From NCBI GenBank assembly GCA_964016885.1, contig OZ024741.1, positions 34,720,001 through 34,784,000 of the forward strand: DNA of 64,000 nt, read 5' to 3'. Source of the DNA: Eledone cirrhosa (lineage: Eukaryota). A model generated the notes under the pieces. That model was not told the DNA's origin and ran no database searches. It was given only the letters and a program-made list of their open reading frames with translations. Made by a program: the position numbers and the translations under genes. The stretch's first letter is position 1. The number at the start of each line of letters is the position of its first letter. Positions 52,362-64,000 of the stretch are shown here, in pieces.

Positions 52362-52535
52362 TGTTTAATGTAGAAATGGCTTCTACAGGACTAGAACTGT
52401 TCATTGATGATTTCTTTTGAATGAAACAGTTCTAGTCCTGTAGAAGCCATTTCTATATTAAACATGTTTACACTCTACTAATGTATTGAGTACCTTACTA
52501 ACTGTGGTTACTCCTGATTGAACCCAGGACTCATA
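52360..52535 (+). repeat. Foldback hairpin (52360-52466) plus PLE-like 3' tail
   Basis: ~46-bp arms with a central TGATGA...GAAA remnant. The tail carries ACTCTAC-taat-GTATTGAGT. Confidence 0.75.
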
Positions 52536-53033
52536 TATATATGTATGTTTGTTTTATGGGTTGTGTAACAAACACACCAAACATGCACTGAATTTCAGAC
52601 TCATATACTGTGTATAGAGTCAATATATGTTATTAATGGTGATTATTTATTTTAAAATCTCACTGTGTTTATTGGCTTATCAAAGACTGTTTTGATAGAC
52701 CAACAAGTTAAAAGATAGCTAAGCAAAGATTGCAATTGGCAGGTCACTGTATGAGACATCATGAACAAATAGCCTCAAATCTAGTGCTATGGCAGTCAAC
52801 ATGTGAAAAGATTAAACACGGGAGATAACCCACCAACTTTATTGTCATACTTCAAAATGACACCAGATTGATGATAGTATCAGAAATATAAACAGTAATG
52901 GTAGATGAGACGTGTGTGATGGGTCAGTTTCTTTGGTTTGATCAGAAGTTTGTTTGAGATAGAATGATATATGTATACTCGAAATATATCTGACGTTTCC
53001 CAGGGAATAAATAATGCAGTTTCTGAGCTTTTA

Positions 53034-53214
53034 TTTATAATATTTATTATGGCTAAGTGATGAGTCTTGTTACTCTGAAATTTCACCTGTGTACTCACAG
53101 AATCATCAGACTAGATGGATGATCCTGTGAGTACACAGGTGAAACTCCATAGCAACAAGACTCATCATTTAGCCATAATAAAGAATATTATTAAACTCTA
53201 CTTCGGTATTGAGT
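53034..53214 (+). repeat. Foldback of a hammerhead-bearing pseudo-LTR end
   Basis: Arms 53034-53107 and 53118-53195. The minus arm reads CTGATGA-ttctgtg(agta)cacaggt-GAAA-tttcagag-TA. Confidence 0.75.
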
Positions 53215-53570
53215 ACTCATTCTTGTGTCCATCAACATCACACGGATATATATTTATATATATATACTTATATAGTATTGAGTACTCATTCTTGTGTCCA
53301 TCAACATTACACAGATATATATTTATATATATATAAATATATAGTATTGAGTACTCATTCTTGTGTCCATCAACATTACACAGATATATATATATATATA
53401 TATAAATATATAGTATTGAGTACTCATTCTTGTGTCCATCAACATTACACAGATATATATATATATATAAATATATAGTATTGAGTACTCATTCTTGTGT
53501 CCATCAACATTACACAGATATATATAAATATATAGTATTGAGTACTCATTCTTGTGTCCGTCAACATTAC

Positions 53571-53601
<31 letters not shown>

Positions 53602-53637
53602 GTATTGAGTACTCATTCTTGTGTCCGTCAACATTAC

Positions 53638-53668
<31 letters not shown>

Positions 53669-53987
53669 GTATTGAGTACTCATTCTTGTGTCCATCAACA
53701 TTACACAGATATATATATATATATATATATATAGTATTGAGTACTCATTCTTGTGTCCGTCAACATTACACGGATATATATATATATATATATAGTATTG
53801 AGTACTCATTCTTGTGTCCATCAACATTACACAGATATATATATATATATATATATATATAGTATTGAGTACTCATTCTTGTGTCCATCAACATTACACA
53901 GATATATATATATATATATATATATAGTATTGAGTACTCATTCTTGTGTCCGTCAACATTACACGGATATATATATATATATATATA
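53206..53987 (+). repeat. Tandem array: 12 copies of a ~42-bp unit separated by variable (TA)n
   Basis: Unit GTATTGAGTACTCATTCTTGTGTCCRTCAACATTACACRGA starting at ~53206, 53275, 53344, 53413, 53478, 53535, 53602, 53669, 53734, 53795, 53862 and 53927. Confidence 0.95.
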
Positions 53988-54112
53988 ATGGCTGCCCCCT
54001 CGTTATCGAGTATGGCCATTGCACGAAAAAAAACAAAAAAAATCATAACGTCAATAATAATAATAACAACAGCAGCAACAATAATAATAATAATAATATA
54101 TATATATATATA

Positions 54113-54151
<39 letters not shown>

Positions 54152-57100
54152 CGCATACATATTTATATATATACACACACACGCAATAACATTTAACGGT
54201 GCTGCAATCAAATGTGGCTTTTTAGCCTACCCAATGTTCTAAAATGTCTTGCACAGAGCTGGCAACCAAAACATTCACTGGGAGTAGCCGGCTGTGGTTG
54301 GTGTTCATGTACTTTTGCATGTCGTTTGAGCCCTCCTGCTGATTTACACTCTCTACCACATGCTTGGCAGGTATGATGAGTAGCATCCCCAACAGCAGCC
54401 TGGTAGTCAACCACTGGTCTCACTTTATAACTGCGAAGATGACTTACGAGTCCAGTTTTGCTGAGGCAGAGTCTCGCACAGATGCTACATGTCAGCGCCA
54501 TAGGAGGACCTTTGCTGTCTGGAAATGCAACAGCAATGCCCTTCTTCACATACTTCTTTACTTTCTTGTATGCGATTCGAGATGCCTCAAAAGCAACTTT
54601 CCCCTCATGTACAGTCTTTCTCCATTTATTACGATCAGCAGCTACATTTTCCCATGTATCTGCAGAGATGTTAGCGTCTTTCAAAGAGGCTTTCAACGAA
54701 TCCTTATACCTCTTTTTTGGTTTATGTAGAGGTCGTTTTCCTTTAACTAACTCTCCATAAAAAAGTTGTTTTGGTATTCTAGAATCCTTCATCCTGGCAA
54801 GGTGACCACTCCAATGAAGTCTTTGCTTAAGCACAAGAGCTTCTATACTGTCACACAGAGCTTTCCAAAATCTCAACATCACTGATGTGGTTCCTCCAGT
54901 GAACGCCATGGATCCGTCTGAGACACATCTGATGGAAATGTTGCAATTGTTTAAGGTTGTGTCGATATGTGACCAAGGTCTCACAGGCATAAAGAAGAGA
55001 AGAGAGCACACATGCCTTGTACACCTTTACCTTTGCCTTCTTGCATATATCTCGTCGACCCCATGTAAACACCATGCTCGCAATTCCTGAATGCAATATA
55101 GAAAACCATTGCAAAGTATATGGCAAAGAGGGTCAGTGCTGGAATATCCCCCCGTTTCACTCCATTTTTTACTGAGATAGGCTCCGACATGTTACCTCTG
55201 ATAATAACCCAAGTCTTCATGTCATCATGGAAAGACCTAACCAAAGCAAGGAACTTATCAGGGCAACCAAGTTTCTGGAGAACCTTCCACCATGCATTTC
55301 TGTTATCGACAAAAACCTGATACAGATCCAAACCTTGTTCCATGCACTTCTCTTGGAGCTGTCTAGCTGAGATCATATCAATAGTGCCGCGTCCAGCACG
55401 AAAACCAGATTGACTTTCAGGAAGAATACAATCTGCAACGTGTGTCAGTAGATGGTCCAGAAGCACCCTACATAAAATTTTTCCTACGACAAAAAGCAAT
55501 GATATACCTCTGTAGTTTCCACAATTCTTGTTACCCTTTCCCTTGTACAAGACCACCATTACTACATCTTTCCAGTCCCCAGGTACGGATTCACTAGCCC
55601 ATATCCTGCCAAATAAAGAGTGAAGATGTTGCAGAAGTCTCTCACCACCATATTGCATGTATGCCATCCATACCTGGAGACCTTCCACTATTCAGCTTCG
55701 AGATAGCTACTGCAACTTCCACGAGTGTTGGGGGTCCTGTGAGAGCTACTTTCACAGATTTTTCAGGAATGAGATTGAAGAAATCTTCATTGATGACAGA
55801 CGGCTGATTCAAAAGTTCATCAAAGTGCTCTCGCCACCTTTGCAGAATTCCTTGTGAGTCACAAAGAAGTCCCTTGCCATCCTTGCTGCGAAGCGGTCAC
55901 CAGAGAAGAAGATGGTCCATAAACTTCACGCAAGAGACTGTACAACAGCTTTGTGTTATTGGAATCTGATGCAGCTTGTATCTTATCAGCCTTCTCACTC
56001 CACCACTTATCCTTCATCTGAGAAAGACTCCACCTCACACGTGATTTCACATCCTTGAGTTCCTTATGCAACATATTCTTCTCCTGTGGTTTTGCTGTCA
56101 AGTAGCGTGACAGAGCACGCCTCTTATCAGCCAACAAAACTTCTATATGTTGATCATTCTCATTAAACCAGTCTTGATGTTTTCGCTGCACCAATCCCAG
56201 AACACGCCTGCCTACATCATAAACCGACTTTTTAAGGGTAGACCAATCCTCACCAAGATCTGCAATATGCATCTCTTCTCGCAATGTCCTCTTCACATTT
56301 TTATCTCTAAGACGAGCAGTATTCAATCTCCTAGGCAGTGTAACACCAAGCGCCCGGATTTTACATTTAGTGATTAGTTTTACTTTTGCGCATACCAGGC
56401 GGTGGTCTGTCCAGCACTCAGCTCCACGAAGAGCACAAACACACTGCACATCCCGTCTGTCACGCATCCTGACAGGGACATAGTCCAAAAGATGCCATTC
56501 CTTAGATGCAGGATGCATCCATGTGGTCTTAAATTTGTTCTTTTGCTGGAACATGGTGTTGGTAACACACAGATCCAGCTCCTCACACATCTGCAGCAGG
56601 AGCATACCATTGTTGTTACACTTTCCCATCCCATGCCTTCTGATTACATTCCATCCCTACCCACCCTAGCATTAAAGTCACCAAGCACGATGACCTTGTC
56701 TGCCTGAGGGATATTTCTTAAAACACCTTTCACGGCATGGTAGAAAGACACTTTTTCTTCATCGACAGAATTCATAGTTGGAGCATACACACTCACCAGG
56801 GTAGCATATCTTCCTTTGTCCAGCAGAATTCTCATGGACATAAGACACTCACTAATCCCCACTGGGAATTCTTCTAATTTATCCACAAGAGCAGTCTTAA
56901 CAGCAAATGCTACCCCAGCCTCTCTTCTGGTTCCTTCATCTCTTCCTTTCCAGAAGAATGTATGTTCTCCACAAAATTCTGTAAGATGACCATCTCCAGT
57001 TAACCTCGTCTCGGGTAAAGCTACGATGTCAAGATCGTAATGTCCAAGCTCCTTTGCAACAAGAGCGGTCCTTCGTTCAGGACGTTCCAAGGAATCCCTG

Positions 57101-57180
57101 TCAAGCAGCATCCATACGTTCCAGCAGCCAATATTATATGCCTTGTTTAGCTCTATTATGAGTGGGCCCAGGCTGTGATA
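53988..57180 (-). mobile_element. Near full-length RTE (BovB-like) LINE pseudogene: APE, RT and three C2H2 fingers
   Basis: GCWNV..RPERRTALVAKEL, VYAPT, LGDFNARVG, TDHRLV, NYRGISLL, QSGFRAGRGTID and LLYACET. Multiple frameshifts. Confidence 0.9.
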
Positions 57181-57304
57181 CCCCCAGGGCCTCTGCCCTT
57201 ATGGCCAATTATCTCTTTTGTTCCAGAACCCTTATTGCCAATTATCTCTTTTATATTGTTTTGGAACATCCTTGAATTGGGAAAAAAAAAGTAATAATAA
57301 TAAT

Positions 57305-60031
57305 GCTTTCTTTATTAACCACAAAGGTTTACACAAAGTAGGCATTAAGGACAGTACAGGACAATACAGGGTGGTACAAATGGGCATTTCTGCGTGTAAA
57401 AAAACAAAAACAGAGGATGTAACAAAAAAGAACAATGAAAAATTCCCCAATACGGGGAGACTTCCGAGGGCCATCGTGGAGAAAGCCCATTAAAAAAAGC
57501 CACGGTGACCCTGACCACCAGGGCAAGTGCCCTCTCCCAGTTTTCCACCTTCAATTTATAGACACATACTCAGAGTAGGCCCATTCACTCGGGCCATTCT
57601 TGCCTCTCTCTTCCATCTTTCAACAAAATGCTGGGAAGAGAGCACTTCCCTCTCTACCCTGATTTTCCTTTTCAAAAGAAATTTGAAAAAGTTAATCAGG
57701 GCATCACCGAAGAGGTAAGTGCTCGTCTTCAGCCCTTTCAGACGGGTCCACCATACTATCTCTTTCGCCATGGCCACCAGACAGATAAAAACTGCCTGCC
57801 CTTCCCGGCCAAAGGAAGAGGGCAGGGCAATCCTCATGATGGACTCAGCTGATAGCCGGATCCGTTCTACACGCGACAGCAGGTGTTCGACATAAACCCA
57901 CAAGTCAGCAATGCTTGGACACTGGACAAATGCATGCAGGATGGTTTCGTTGCCCTGCATGCATCTCGGACATGCCTGTAGAGTTTATCCCAAACTGGCA
58001 AAGCTCCTTGGTAGCACTACCAGGCCAGGGATTTCTGAAATTGTCCATAGGCCTCGGCCCGAAAGTTCTTCCGAAGAGATTGGCTAGTTGATTTTCGTCG
58101 ACACCTAGAGTTTCCCCAAGTACGTCGTCGCTCTTCCTCTCCACTAATCCTCTATAGAATGCCAAGGTGGAGTTTCCACCGATCACATTGCCCGACTGGT
58201 CGAGGGCAGTGAGCGCCTGAAGACATTCCAGACACCAAGCGCTCCCTCTCGGTCTTCGCTTGACCCAGGACTGCAGCTCCGTCAAGGAGACGAGCTGGGG
58301 AAAGACGCATCTAGCAAATGGCAACCACACCTGATCACCGGCGAGGAAGAGGTGGAGATGTCCTCGAAGATTCTGGTCTTGCTGATGGCCACCACATCTA
58401 TGTTTAGCAACCTGAGATCGTTCAGCAGGTGACCCTGCTTCCAAGACGACCCCAGGCCATGTACATTTATGCTACCTGGTGGTGTTGGTGGGAGTGTGGA
58501 GGAGGTGGGGTCGTTTTAATTTTCTCTTTTTTTTTGGGGGGGGGGGGGGTGAGGGTAGGGAGTTCTTCCTTTTTTTTTGTTGGAATAGTTCTCCACTCTT
58601 CGGCCTCATCGCACTCCTTGTCCGATTTGGCTATATCAGGAAGGAGTATGCTTTCCATTGGTTCTGTGGGTGGTGGAAGAGATGGTGTTTTTGTTGTTGG
58701 GGATGGTGCTTTCTCTTCTGTCATTGTTTGTTTTTCTGCTCCAGTTGCGGGGCACGGCGTGGGGAAAAGGGGTGGGCGCGTGCCTGTTTTGGTAAATTTT
58801 GGGCAGAATGCCTTAAGGTGCGTCTTGTCACCGCATCCATGACACCTTGAGCGTCTACCTTCGACAGTCACGGGTAGATGGCTGCCGTCGTCCAGGTCTA
58901 TTACATCGGGGATGGCTTCAATGCTCATGGTTTGCTTGGATGATTAGCTCCATCCCCGACTCTGTCCAATTTTCTCCTGTCTTATTCACATGAAGTTGAG
59001 TATGGTTGTTGAATCCTCAATGTCAGCGAGGACGGCTGCCGTCAGCCACGCCATCTCCACTGAGGGCGGAACCTGGCCCACTTCAACCCTCATGACACTC
59101 TGGCTGCAGTATGTGGGCATCATTATGATTTCGTCACTGCGGAGTGGCGCAATGGAGTGTTCTCTGGTGTAGCGAAGAGCACATCCACAGTACCATATCT
59201 CGATCCCCGGGCTATATTTGTTTTCTGTGCCCAGACAGTGCCCATAGCTCTTTGGATCTGTGACTCCATTGCCCGTTCAACTCGCTGCGATTTTGATCCG
59301 ATCGTGCGATAACTGACCGAACACAAAAGCTTGTTTCTTATTATCTCAGCTGGGCAGGTGAGACTTACCCTGTGTCCGGTCTTTTTAACCAAGACCTTTG
59401 CTTGTTTTATCTCTTCATTAGTGATGTGTACTTGTTCAAAATTGTTTGTCGCTTTAGTGAAAGATGTGTTTGTTTTGATTTGTGTTGACTCGTCACTAGA
59501 TTTGTCTTTGTTGCCGTCCTTGATGTTTTTGTTTTTTTTTCCTCTGTGTGACTGCTGTTATAGTTGTTGTTCTTTGGGTTCTTTATGGCTGTTGTTATTG
59601 GGGTGGTGGTGGTGTTGTTATTTGATTTTTGTAATGCAGGAAACTTTTTGTTATAATTTCCACTACTGCTACTACAGTTCCAGTGGGCTGCTGCTGCTGT
59701 TGTCACTATCACTGTCGCTGCTGCTGTTTCTCTTGTTTTTTTCTTTGCCTTGTGATTGGGTGGAACTGGCTGTTCCACCCTCCAAACAACTCGCTGTTCC
59801 CCCCTGTGGACAATTTTTTTGTCCGTCATGTTTTTTTTAAAACAAAATTTGGGGGTTATGATTGTAAATAAAAGCAAATTTAGCCCTCAAGGGCACGAGA
59901 TACAGTTAAAAAAAAACCACCTCCTTTGACAAGGGTTCTTTAGCTACTCACCGATGTTAAAATTATTATATAGAACTTTTGATAACTCATAAAAATTCAA
60001 CTGACTTACTCCGCCGTAGTTACCGCCGTCT
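57305..60031 (-). mobile_element. Tx1/L1-clade LINE copy A (5' UTR, ORF1 with zinc knuckle, ORF2 3' part; EN and RT deleted)
   Basis: ORF1 CHGCGDKTHLKAFC (CCHC), ORF2 ETILHAFVQC and AATAAA. Colinear with copy B. Confidence 0.85.
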
Positions 60032-60044
60032 TATAATAATAATT

Positions 60045-63000
60045 GCTTTCTTTATTGACACAAAGCATAACATTAAGGACAATACAGGACGGTACAAATG
60101 GGCATTTCTGCATGTAAAAAAACAAAAAAAACAAAAAAAAACAGAGGATGTAACAAAAAAGAAAGAGAAACAATGAAAAATTCCCCAATAGGGGGGGGGG
60201 AGAGACTTCTGAGGGTCGTTCGTGGAGAAAGCCCACAAAAAAGCCTGCTAGGGCAAGTGCCCTCTTCCAGTTTTCCTCCTACAATGCTGCAGGCACACGC
60301 TCAAGGTAGGCCCATGCACATGGGCTATTCTTGCCTCTCTCACCTACCTTTCAACAAACTGGCTGGAAGGCAGCACTTCCCTCTCCACCCTGATTTTCCT
60401 TTTCAGGTGAAACCTGAAAAAGTTAATGAGGGCATCACCGAAGAGGAAAGTACCCGTCTTCAACCCTTTCAGACGTGTCCACCATACCATCTCTTTTACC
60501 ATGGCCACCAGGCAGATAAAAACTGCCTGTCCTTCCCGGCTAAAGGAAGGCAGCGGGGCAATCCTCACGATGGACTCAGCTGATAGCCGGATCCGTCCTA
60601 AACGCGACAGCAGGTATTCAACATAAACCCAGAAGTCAGCAATGTTCAGACACTGGACGAGTGCGTGCAGCATGGTTTTGTTGCCCTGTGCACATCTCGG
60701 ACAGGCCTGGCTGATGGCACTTCCATGCCTGTAGAGTTTATCCCGAACTGGCAAGGCTCCTCAGTAGCTCTGCCAGGCCAGGAATTTCTGGAAGTTGTCC
60801 ATAGGCCATGGCCCGAAAGTTCTCCCAAAGAGATTCGCTAGTTAATTTTCGTCGGTGCCCAGAGTCTCCTCAAGGACGTCGTTGCTCTTTCCCTCCACTA
60901 ACCCTCTATACAACGCCAAGGTGGAGTAACCACTGGTCGAGCGCTGTAAGCGCCTGAAGACATTCCAGTCTCCAAGCACTCGCTCACGGTCTTCGCTTGA
61001 TCCAGGACTGCAGCTCCATCAAGGAGACAAGCTGGGGAAACACTCATCTAGCAAACAGTGACCACACCTGATCACCATCGAGGAAGAGGTGGAGATGCCA
61101 TAACCTGAGCACATCATCAGCCACGGCATGCCCAGCCCTCCGCGTAGAGGGTGTTGACAGCAGATGGACCGCCAAAACATCGGAGCATGTCCCTTCCACA
61201 AAAAGCGAAAGAGCAAACGCTCTAGCGCAGTCAGGCGAAGCTTAGGACAAGGCATGACGGTCAGGCAGTAGTAGATGATGGATGCAATGTACACGTCTGC
61301 CACCCCCACTCGACCTTTCAAGATAGCTTCCTCTCGGCCCATTTCTGGGTGAGAGAGACCACCCTGCTCATCACCTTGTCCCAGTTTTTGTCCGTCTGGA
61401 GGTCCGGACCGAACCAGACACCTAGCAATTTAATCGGTCCGTCTGTCCAGCGCCCGACGATGCTGTTGGATGGCATCGACCTGCCTCTCCAGGTGCCGAG
61501 CTGCAGGCCCACCGATTTTTCCTGGTTGATCATTGCTCCTGTCACCACCTCGTATTCTCTTAGTGTGGTGCCGATCGCCTCGATGTGTTTGGCGTTCAAC
61601 ACCACTATGGTGACGTCTACATATGCTGACATGGTTTTTCCGCATTCCAGTTTGCGCGGGACCCCCCCCCCCCCTCAACGTCTCCAGTTTGTGCAGTAAT
61701 GGCTCGAGAGTCAATACGTACAACAGGGACGAGAGACGACATCCTTGGCGGACCGAGCGCATGATGTTGAATGGTTCCGAAAGGTGACCGTTCACTCTCA
61801 CCACAGAGCGGATGTTGCTGTGCATGGCAACAATCCAGCCTCTGAAGACAGGCCCAAAGCCAGCTGCTCTCGGGACTGCCACCAAATAACGATAGTCGAC
61901 CCTATCGAAAGCTTTCAACTGATCTAAATTGATCAAGGACCCACCCGTGCCAGGTTCCCCAGCTACCTTCTCCATGATGTATTACATGAGGTGGAGGTTG
62001 TCGGGAATGGTGCATGTCTACGCCCCTCCCACCAGACCACCGACGACAAGTGCCAACCTCTTTGCTAGCACCTTGACCAAAATCTTGAACTCTGTGTTTA
62101 GCAGACGTCGAGGATAGTTGTTGAATCCTCGACGTCAGCGAGGATGGCCGCCATCAACCTTGTGATCTCCACTGAGGGCAGAACCTGGGTTACTCGAACC
62201 CTCACGACTCTCTGGCCGCAGTATGTGGGCATCATTATTATTTTGTCACTGCGGAGTGGCGCAATAGTGTGTGCTCTGGTTTCTTCTGGTTTAGCGAAGA
62301 GCACATCCACAGTACCATATCTCGATCCCCGGGCTATGAATGTTTTCTGTGCCCAGACGGCACCCATAGCCTTTTAGACCTGTGACTCCATTGCCCGTTT
62401 GACTCGGTGTGATTTTATTCCAATTGTGCGATAACTGACCGAACACAAAAGCTTGTTTTTCATTATATTAGCTGGGCGTATGAGGCTTACTCTGTGTTCC
62501 AGTCTTTTTGACCAACATCTTGGCTTGCTTTATCTCCTCGGTGATGTGTACCCGTTCAACATTTTTTGCGGCTTTAGCGAACAATGTGGTTGTGGTCTGC
62601 TGTGCTGACTCATCGATAGTCTTGCCTTTGTTGCTGTTGGTGGTGGTGGTGTTCTTGTTGGTTTTTTTTTTCTTCTGTGTTGCTGCTGTTACAGTTGTTG
62701 CTCCCTGGGTTCTTTATGACTGTTGCTGCTGTTATATTGTTGTTATTGAGGTGGCAGTGGTATCTGATCCTTCTAATGATGGAAAATTTTCGTAATGGTT
62801 TGACATTGTGCTGCTGCTGCTTTTGTTGTCACCACCACTGCCACTGTGGCTGCTGCTGCTGTTCTTGCTTTCACCTTGTGATTGGATGGAATTGACTGTT
62901 CCCTCCTGTGGACAATTTTTTTCGTCCGCCATGTTTTTTTTAACAAAAAATTGAGGGGTACGATTGTAAATAAATACAAATTCAGCCCTTAAGGGCGAGA

Positions 63001-63134
63001 GATACAGTTAAAAAAAACCACCTCCTTTGAAAGAGGGGTTCTTTAACTAGACAACAATGTAAAAATTACTATATAAAAGTTTCGATAAGTTCATAAAATT
63101 CAACTGACTTACTCCGTTGTAGTTACATACGTCT
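60045..63134 (-). mobile_element. Tx1/L1-clade LINE copy B (5' UTR, ORF1 N-terminal half fused to RT through C-terminus)
   Basis: LDQLKAFDRVD, SVRQGCRLS, AYVDV, IKLLGVWF and CPRC..H...C. The 5' UTR is shared with copy A. Confidence 0.87.
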
Positions 63135-64000
63135 CGAGAGATTCAGCACAATAATAATAATAATAATACTATTAATAATTATTAATTAATGCAATCGTGC
63201 AATGCCTGTGCGTGGAGAGTATTTTTAAAGTGAGGAAAGACTGTGCACTGAGCCAATCCCACTCTCTGAGCGACAGTAGCTATAACCAGAAAAGAAGAAA
63301 AGATCAACATCATTGGTAACTACTGAGCCACAGGTTTTATGTCAGAGTTATCCCAGTTTCCTGAGTTACCTTCTCCTAGAAGAATGCCCTGATATACACA
63401 CCACTTAAACACAATAAAAACATCTTTTAACCAATTATTCACTGCTCTTTTTTCAATTCATTTTATATTGCTAGCACAGGCAATGTTTTATTTATGTCCT
63501 GCATAAACAGAGGTCCTGTAGCTCAGAAGTTAGTCATGCAAAGATCAATATCTTACTTAAAGAAACCAGGTGATCATTGACATCAGGAAAGGTGTCTGGC
63601 TATAGAATTCTACCTTCAGATCATACCATCAGAAAAACAGGCATACAAATGATGATGATGTTGGTGGTGGTTGTGGTGATGGTGGTTAATATACACCACC
63701 ACTTCATCAAAAGAAAAAGAGACATTAATCACATGAAAAAGTAATTTTTTAAAAATCTATTTATTAAATCATAAAAATTTTTATAAGTGGTTTCTAATTT
63801 AGGCACAAGGCCAGCAATTTTATTTTACTGATCTCCTTTTTCTCTGAAAGGATTAAAGGCAAAGTTGATCTTGATTAATGATATCCAATCACAAAAAATT
63901 AACCATGGATTTAAGATTTTAAATAATCAATCTTGCTATAAATTTATAAAAGAAATTAACCCTTTTCTTACAATCTAATATATAATAATTGGAGGACTGA

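Noticed and set aside
53206-53987. CRISPR-like repeat-spacer array
   Set aside because: The spacers are (TA)n microsatellite rather than unique sequence, there are no cas genes, and the context is eukaryotic.

Overview
This is AT-rich eukaryotic DNA full of microsatellites. The SINE/LINE repertoire suggests an octopus or other coleoid cephalopod, but that is inferred. The only host gene I can support is the splicing factor YJU2B/CCDC130 on the + strand: six well-supported coding exons (33310-50252) plus a probable ATG-only first coding exon at 30204, giving about 377 aa. The rest is mostly transposon-derived: a hAT relic, a Ty3/gypsy element with a -1 frameshift signal, a DD37D (maT) Tc1/mariner element, RTE LINEs (one with a PHD finger inside the RT, one with three C-terminal C2H2 fingers), two tandem Tx1/L1 elements, a CRE-like fragment, two tRNA-derived SINE families, MITEs and many Penelope-like element (PLE) remnants. 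The most notable signal is a dense set of minimal type I hammerhead ribozyme motifs tied to PLE pseudo-LTRs: about 10 with intact CUGANGA/GAAA cores and about 9 degenerate, several of them sense to the YJU2B pre-mRNA. Related to these are foldback hairpins, a bulged 3' hairpin shared between PLE-like families, and a 12-copy array of a PLE 3' end separated by (TA)n that may record iterative re-priming by the RT. All folds and translations were read by eye; no searches were run, and element boundaries are approximate.
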